Source: Asterias rubens (lineage: Eukaryota). From it: DNA of 64,000 bases. A program made the translations under genes and the position numbers. Shown piece by piece: positions 61,098-64,000 of this stretch (its first letter is position 1; every line of letters begins with the position of its first letter). The stretch covers positions 9,982,001 to 10,046,000 of the forward strand of contig NC_047066.1 of assembly GCF_902459465.1 (NCBI RefSeq). Direction: 5' to 3'. Under the pieces are notes generated by a model. It made no database searches. It saw only the letters and a program-made list of their open reading frames with translations, and was not told where the DNA came from.

Positions 61098-62467
61098 TTA
61101 ACGCCGCCTGTCGAGTGTTGCATGATGATAGAGCAAGGGCTCATTTGTTCTATGATTATGAAGCACTGCAACAAGTCTACAGTAAGGATCAACTGTTTCT
61201 GATTTTTTGTTACTTCATCAGTTTTTTTTTTTGTACCAAGTTGAATCTGTAAAAACTGTATGCTAGAATCGGTATTGTGCATTATGTTCATTATGTCTAC
61301 AAAAATAATGTGCGTGAACTACGATACATTAATATTTTGGATAATTTATAATTTAAGCGTTCTTGTGAGGGGGGGGGGGGCAGCCCGTTACAAAAAAAGG
61401 GTGCGTGCAACAGGTGTGCAAAATGGGTGGATACCTGTTTCGATTTTTCTGGTCCCAATTTTGCAAAACCATTTGAAAAACTTGCTTGCCACAAAAACTT
61501 GGGTGGCACAAGATAAAAAAACTTGCTTAGAAGACACACATGGTACCAAGTAAACATCACATTAAAAATCTGTTTAGTATGCAAGTCGCCAGACACCCAA
61601 GTCTTGAAGGCCACTTCAAGGTGTTGGCTACAATTATCTATTTTTTCAGAGTCCGTTGCCACCTACTCCTAAGGCTGAAACAGGGTTACCCCTTTTACAG
61701 TCCATCGAATGTAGGCTTGGGTATCATCAATCCGAAGTCTGGCCGGTAGAGTAGAAAGCACTACCTCCCCACCACTACACACTGTTGCTTAGCAGTTGCT
61801 GAGCAGAGAATGCTGCTAAACAGCTTTATTACGAAATTGAGCCCAATCGTAAAACATCACTTTAGATTCACTCGCTGAGTGACTTGATCTTTGGCGATTA
61901 TGTGTCCGTTCCCATGGCAATGTTTTATTCTGAGAGGGCAAACTCAGGTCTGTTAACATGGCAACAGGTTGCCCTACTGTTGCATTCAGGCAGTGAGGTC
62001 GACTACAGTGGCACCATTAATAGAAGGAGAGGTTAATGTTGACGGTAAAAAAGGACCAGCAAAACATTTGTTCTTCTTCTGTGTATACTTTGTTTATCTC
62101 AAACCAATATAGTGAGTGCTGTCAACAGTGAGAGATATTATTCTATGTATTCAGCTGGCTTATTATTAGTCCACAAACGAATACAGAATCGATTGTGGCG
62201 TGTTGCCTTTTGCTGATGGTTTGGCGCTTTTCCTAACACTATTCAGGTTTTCAATTTGTACAGATGACTATTAATGGTAAATGATGTAGGCCTAAATATG
62301 CACACCGGCGCGATGCCACGCGTCTACACGTAGGTCTACTCATAAAACAACACCCTGCATAGTTCTCGTAGACAATCTGAATAAAGAGTATGACAATTAT
62401 TTAGGCCTTCATCAAAACTACATAGGCCCTAAACATAATTGAATATCACTTAAGTGACGAAGTATAA

Positions 62468-62790
62468 AGGGAAGGTACACGTTTGGTAATATTACTCAAA
62501 ACAAATATTAACTTAAAAACTGACTTGGTAACGAGCATTGGAGAGCTGTTGATAGTATAAAACATTGTGCGAAACGGCTCCCTCTGAATTGAGAAAGAGG
62601 TAATTTCCCACTTCTTGTCAGAAAGCACACAACTTCGTGTGACAAGGGAGTTTTTTCTTTCATAATTATCTCGCAACTTCGACGACAAATTGAGCTCAAA
62701 TTTTCACAGGTTTGTTATTTTATGCATAATGTTGAGATACAGCAAGTGAGAAGACTGGTCTTTGACAATTACCAATAGTGTCCATTGTCT
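62468..62790. mobile_element. MITE family A variant with non-matching ends
   Basis: Family A body; left end AGGGAAGGTACACG, right end GTGTCCATTGTCT-TTAA. Confidence 0.7.
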
Positions 62791-64000
62791 TTAAACTAGA
62801 CAAATTATAGACCTTCATCAAAAATTCACAAACATATAAAATATCATTCAATGCATCTGATGAAGCATCAAGCTTCAGTTCTTATCGTCAAAAAGCCTAA
62901 ATATTTGTCAGTGACAAATATTTACAACTACATACACATAATATAATATCACAAGTATCAAGCATCATAGTTCAAGCTTCAAAGTTCATAGTTGTGAAAC
63001 TATAAAAAAGTGATAATTAAAGTGATGAAGAATCAACATTTATGTTTTTCTTTCTGACGTCTTTATGTCTGACACTGTCAAAATGACGAATCATCATATT
63101 ATCAATCATCATTAAAACATTCTATAAAAATATACTCTCTTATTAAACAGCTACCTGAGCGGAATGTTTTCAACAGAAATGGTATTTTTACTTGTTTATT
63201 AGATTGTTCACCATTTTAATGTAATTTTGATATTTTTGTGTACACTTCTGAACTTTTCGTAATTATCGACTAAAAAATCAGGCCCCTACCTAAAGGTTTT
63301 TTGAAAAACTAAAAAACACTTCTGCAGTTGAGAGCGGGCGTCAAAGGACAATGCCGCTGACGTCATTTGTGGGAGTTTGCTTTGTTATACATCCACGCTG
63401 CAACAAAGCGGCTTTATCTACTTATGACGTTTTGAGAGTGATTACGTAACAGGGCTTTTCGCAAATCTCGCAGAAAAGCTGTGAATAAGGGCATACAAAA
63501 TGATTGTTTTTTTACACAATTGAAATTTATTTATAATCATATGACTCGATTTCCTTATTCATCGAAAACATTTTAAGTGGAATTCAGCAAAGTTCACGAC
63601 TTGACATTTTCGTTCAAGCAGGTTTAAGCTTACCAACATTGCATCATACAATTACTTGACGTAATTAATTTGTGCATTTATAGTACCATTATAAGGTCCT
63701 TACAGTTGGTGGGCAGTTTGCAACAGGTAATCCTATTTTCTCAGCCGTCTGGCCATTTATTATGTTTTTAAATTAAATTCCTGTATACATCAAAGGTCAA
63801 AAAGGAATACAGCTCTTCAAAGATTATCTTTTTTTATTAATAGCCCTACTTTACAAAAACAATTCATTTTTAAATGCCCGAAATATTCATTACAAAAACT
63901 GTTGCCACCGAAAATGTTGAGCCATTGGACATAATACTAAATCAAAAAGGATGATTTGTGGATGCAATATCAGTACAAGTTTTGGTCAAAAACTGACCCG

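Noticed and set aside
61640-61775. Possible plus-strand terminal exon (SPLPPTPKAETG...)
   Set aside because: No partner exons or homology recognised; it looks more like a dispersed repeat fragment. The same applies to the lone donor at 60727/60728.
62795-64000. Possible large non-autonomous transposon at the right edge
   Set aside because: AT-rich with TE-like texture, but no paired termini or second copy is visible in the window.

Overview
AT-rich, intron-rich animal genomic DNA. The repeat families and gene content suggest an echinoderm, probably a sea star; this is an inference, not a database result. Six protein-coding genes were reconstructed by hand, with GT-AG junctions and consistent exon phases: (1) the 5' part of CDC50/TMEM30 (minus; runs off the left edge); (2) a single-coding-exon sesquipedalian/PHETA PH-domain adaptor (minus); (3) an 11-exon PLBD2-like Ntn hydrolase (plus); (4) a 5-coding-exon phosphoserine phosphatase (minus); (5) an uncharacterised ~180-aa single-pass membrane protein with 36 Cys (plus), apparently divergent from PSPH; (6) a 9-exon secreted trypsin-like protease with a signal-EGF-LDLa-EGF-trypsin layout (minus). 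One intact tRNA-Glu(TTC) sits head-to-head with CDC50. Introns and intergenic DNA carry many non-autonomous transposons: TTAA-flanked Kolobok-like MITEs, PIF/Harbinger-like MITEs, tRNA-SINEs, L2 and Penelope fragments, and a Helentron-like element. There are also 107-bp and 39-bp tandem arrays and two long GC-rich palindromes around PLBD2 exon 1. No CRISPR array, rRNA or autonomous transposon was found. The best leads are the membrane-anchored metallothionein-like protein, the DR4/DR5-loaded element upstream of PHETA, the uORF-laden PSPH leader and the palindromes.
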